NCBI GenBank assembly: GCA_043228905.1
Contig: JBHGNT010000002.1
Location: 26,660,001 to 26,724,000, forward strand
Direction: 5' to 3'
DNA length: 64,000 bases
Source: Azolla caroliniana
Lineage: Eukaryota > Plantae > Polypodiophyta
Part shown: positions 62,240 through 64,000 of the stretch, piece after piece
Position numbering within the stretch: position 1 is the first letter of the stretch
Layout: each line of letters opens with the position of its first letter
Position numbers and translations under genes: made by a program
The notes under the pieces: generated by a model
What the model saw: the letters and a program-made list of their open reading frames with translations, nothing else
Told to the model about the DNA's origin: nothing
Database searches by the model: none

Positions 62240-63540
62240 ACTTCTTTGTTGGGTTCTCAATTAATGTATCTCAAAAAGCATTGCATCTATGCCCCTTCAA
62301 TCGTCGGGGAGATATTGTACGGTCGAAGGTAATGTTGCATGTGATTCTCTGCCCCAATTTAAACAATATTTCGTTAAAGAGGGGGGGAAGGGGGACGGAA
62401 AAAGCCATCTTGGTGGAGGATATCTCCACTCTATTCTCTCTCCAAAAGAGGTGAAGACCTCTACCTTTTTCCAAATTTCTCGAAATTGTTGTTGTTTACG
62501 AATCACAACATTAGGCTCACTAGTTATTGCCTCATAGTGACCTCTTAGAGTAAGTAGGAGCATTAACCATATCTCCTTGACAACATCAACCGCATTCTAT
62601 TTGACTTTATGAAATATACATTTACATTTAGTCTTCTACAATACCCAAACTACTAAAGAAGATATCGTAGACCAAACCTTGTCCCCTTCCAAACAACGGA
62701 TTGTTGTAGTATAAGAGACCTCCAATACATGTCTTCCATTGGAGAGGAGAAGAAAATTAACATACTCCTTTTCATAATTCTATATTTCTTCAGCCAATCT
62801 TCCCCATCTCACTAAACCCCATGTGTACACATGTAAATACCATAAATAGGATATAGAATTCTGAATATTCTTTTCCGGATTGCTCTAGCAATAGGACATA
62901 TCCATAAAACATGGTGAACCGATTCAATGGGAGAACCACAACTATTACATTTTAAATCATGGCAATGCCCCCGCATCCAGGCCTTCACAGGAATGCCATA
63001 ATGTATCAACAACCATCTAAATAATACAACTTCTTTAGGAATTTGCATGGCCCATAGCCATTTCAAATAAGCATCCAACCAAGAGTCTTGTACATTACTA
63101 GACCTCCAAAATTTACAAGTTGTTGGCATACTAGCCACACCCCTCCTTACAACCATCTAAATAATACAACTTTTTTAGGAATTTGCGTGGCCCATAGCCA
63201 TTTCCAATAAGAATCCAACCAAGAGTCTTGTACATTACCAAACCTCCAAAATTTACAAGCTATTGGCATAACAGCCACACCCCTCCATTAGCAATTCTCT
63301 ACCCATTTTTACCGAGCTTTGAAAAAATGGGATTCGCTTCTTACCTAGCATTCCTTGTGCTGATATGATTTGCCATTTCCATTCATCGAGATCCCACAAA
63401 AGGTGATCAATTGGCTTATTCTCATAGACCCACAATTCAAAGAGATTGTTAATATCATTTGGATGTGGATTCAACATCCAATGAATAGGCAACATACTCA
63501 CTTGAGTTACAACTTCGTCTTCCATGAAGAGAGAATGAAG
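62240..63540 (-). mobile_element. L1-type LINE 3' fragment with a 142-bp internal tandem duplication
   Basis: HLLWDLDEWKW...SVKMGR...CNSCGSPIESVHHVLWICP...WRYPPPRWLFP. AACCATCTAAATAATACAAC occurs at about 63010 and 63150. Confidence 0.75.
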
Positions 63541-64000
63541 CTGTCTAGAAGGCAAAACATTGAAGTGTTTATGGGTGGGGGTGGAGTCATTCTCCCATGG
63601 GGGTTGAGCGTGAGGGGAGAGCAAGAGAGAGAGAAAGCAACAGAGCACGAGAGACGGACACAAATTTGGAGGGAAACTTTTTCTATTTCTTTTCATTCCT
63701 TTGGAGGGTTTATATATGTACAAGAGGTAACCGTTACAAATTAAGAACGTTAGGGTAGCTCCTATTGTAGGTTTTGGGTTAGGGTTAATGGTAATGATGA
63801 TTGGTGATGGAGATGGTGTGTTTAATGAGGATGATGAGCGTTATGGGATTGATGGTGAGAGAGACGACAAGCATTGAGAAGCATTGTGGGGTGGGGGGTG
63901 GTGCCTAGAATGGCTCCACCCCCCTCCCAAGGGGGTTCAACGTTAAGGGGGAGGGAAAAGAGAGAGAAATGACAAGAGAGAGATTGAGAGAGAAAATGAT

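Overview
Transposon-saturated eukaryotic DNA with no recognisable host gene. It is most likely from a non-seed land plant (moss, liverwort, lycophyte or fern); this is inferred only from the TE families present. Most of the window is a nested stack: five L1-type LINE relics, one RTEX-type LINE, three Ty1/copia elements, two tRNA-Trp-primed Ty3/gypsy-type elements, and three solo LTRs with clean TSDs. The most unusual part is about 20044-32598. It holds a spliced Sola2-like DDD transposase gene (+) facing a long multi-exon gene (-) that encodes a coiled-coil region and a RING-H2 finger. Each of the two genes has a large intron filled with a GTAC-rich tandem array (146-bp unit; 52/104-bp unit), and the TAGTACTA palindrome recurs near the putative terminus. 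The layout resembles the VANDAL/VANC anti-silencing system but in a different superfamily; that comparison is a hypothesis. All coordinates were read by eye and LINE boundaries are approximate.
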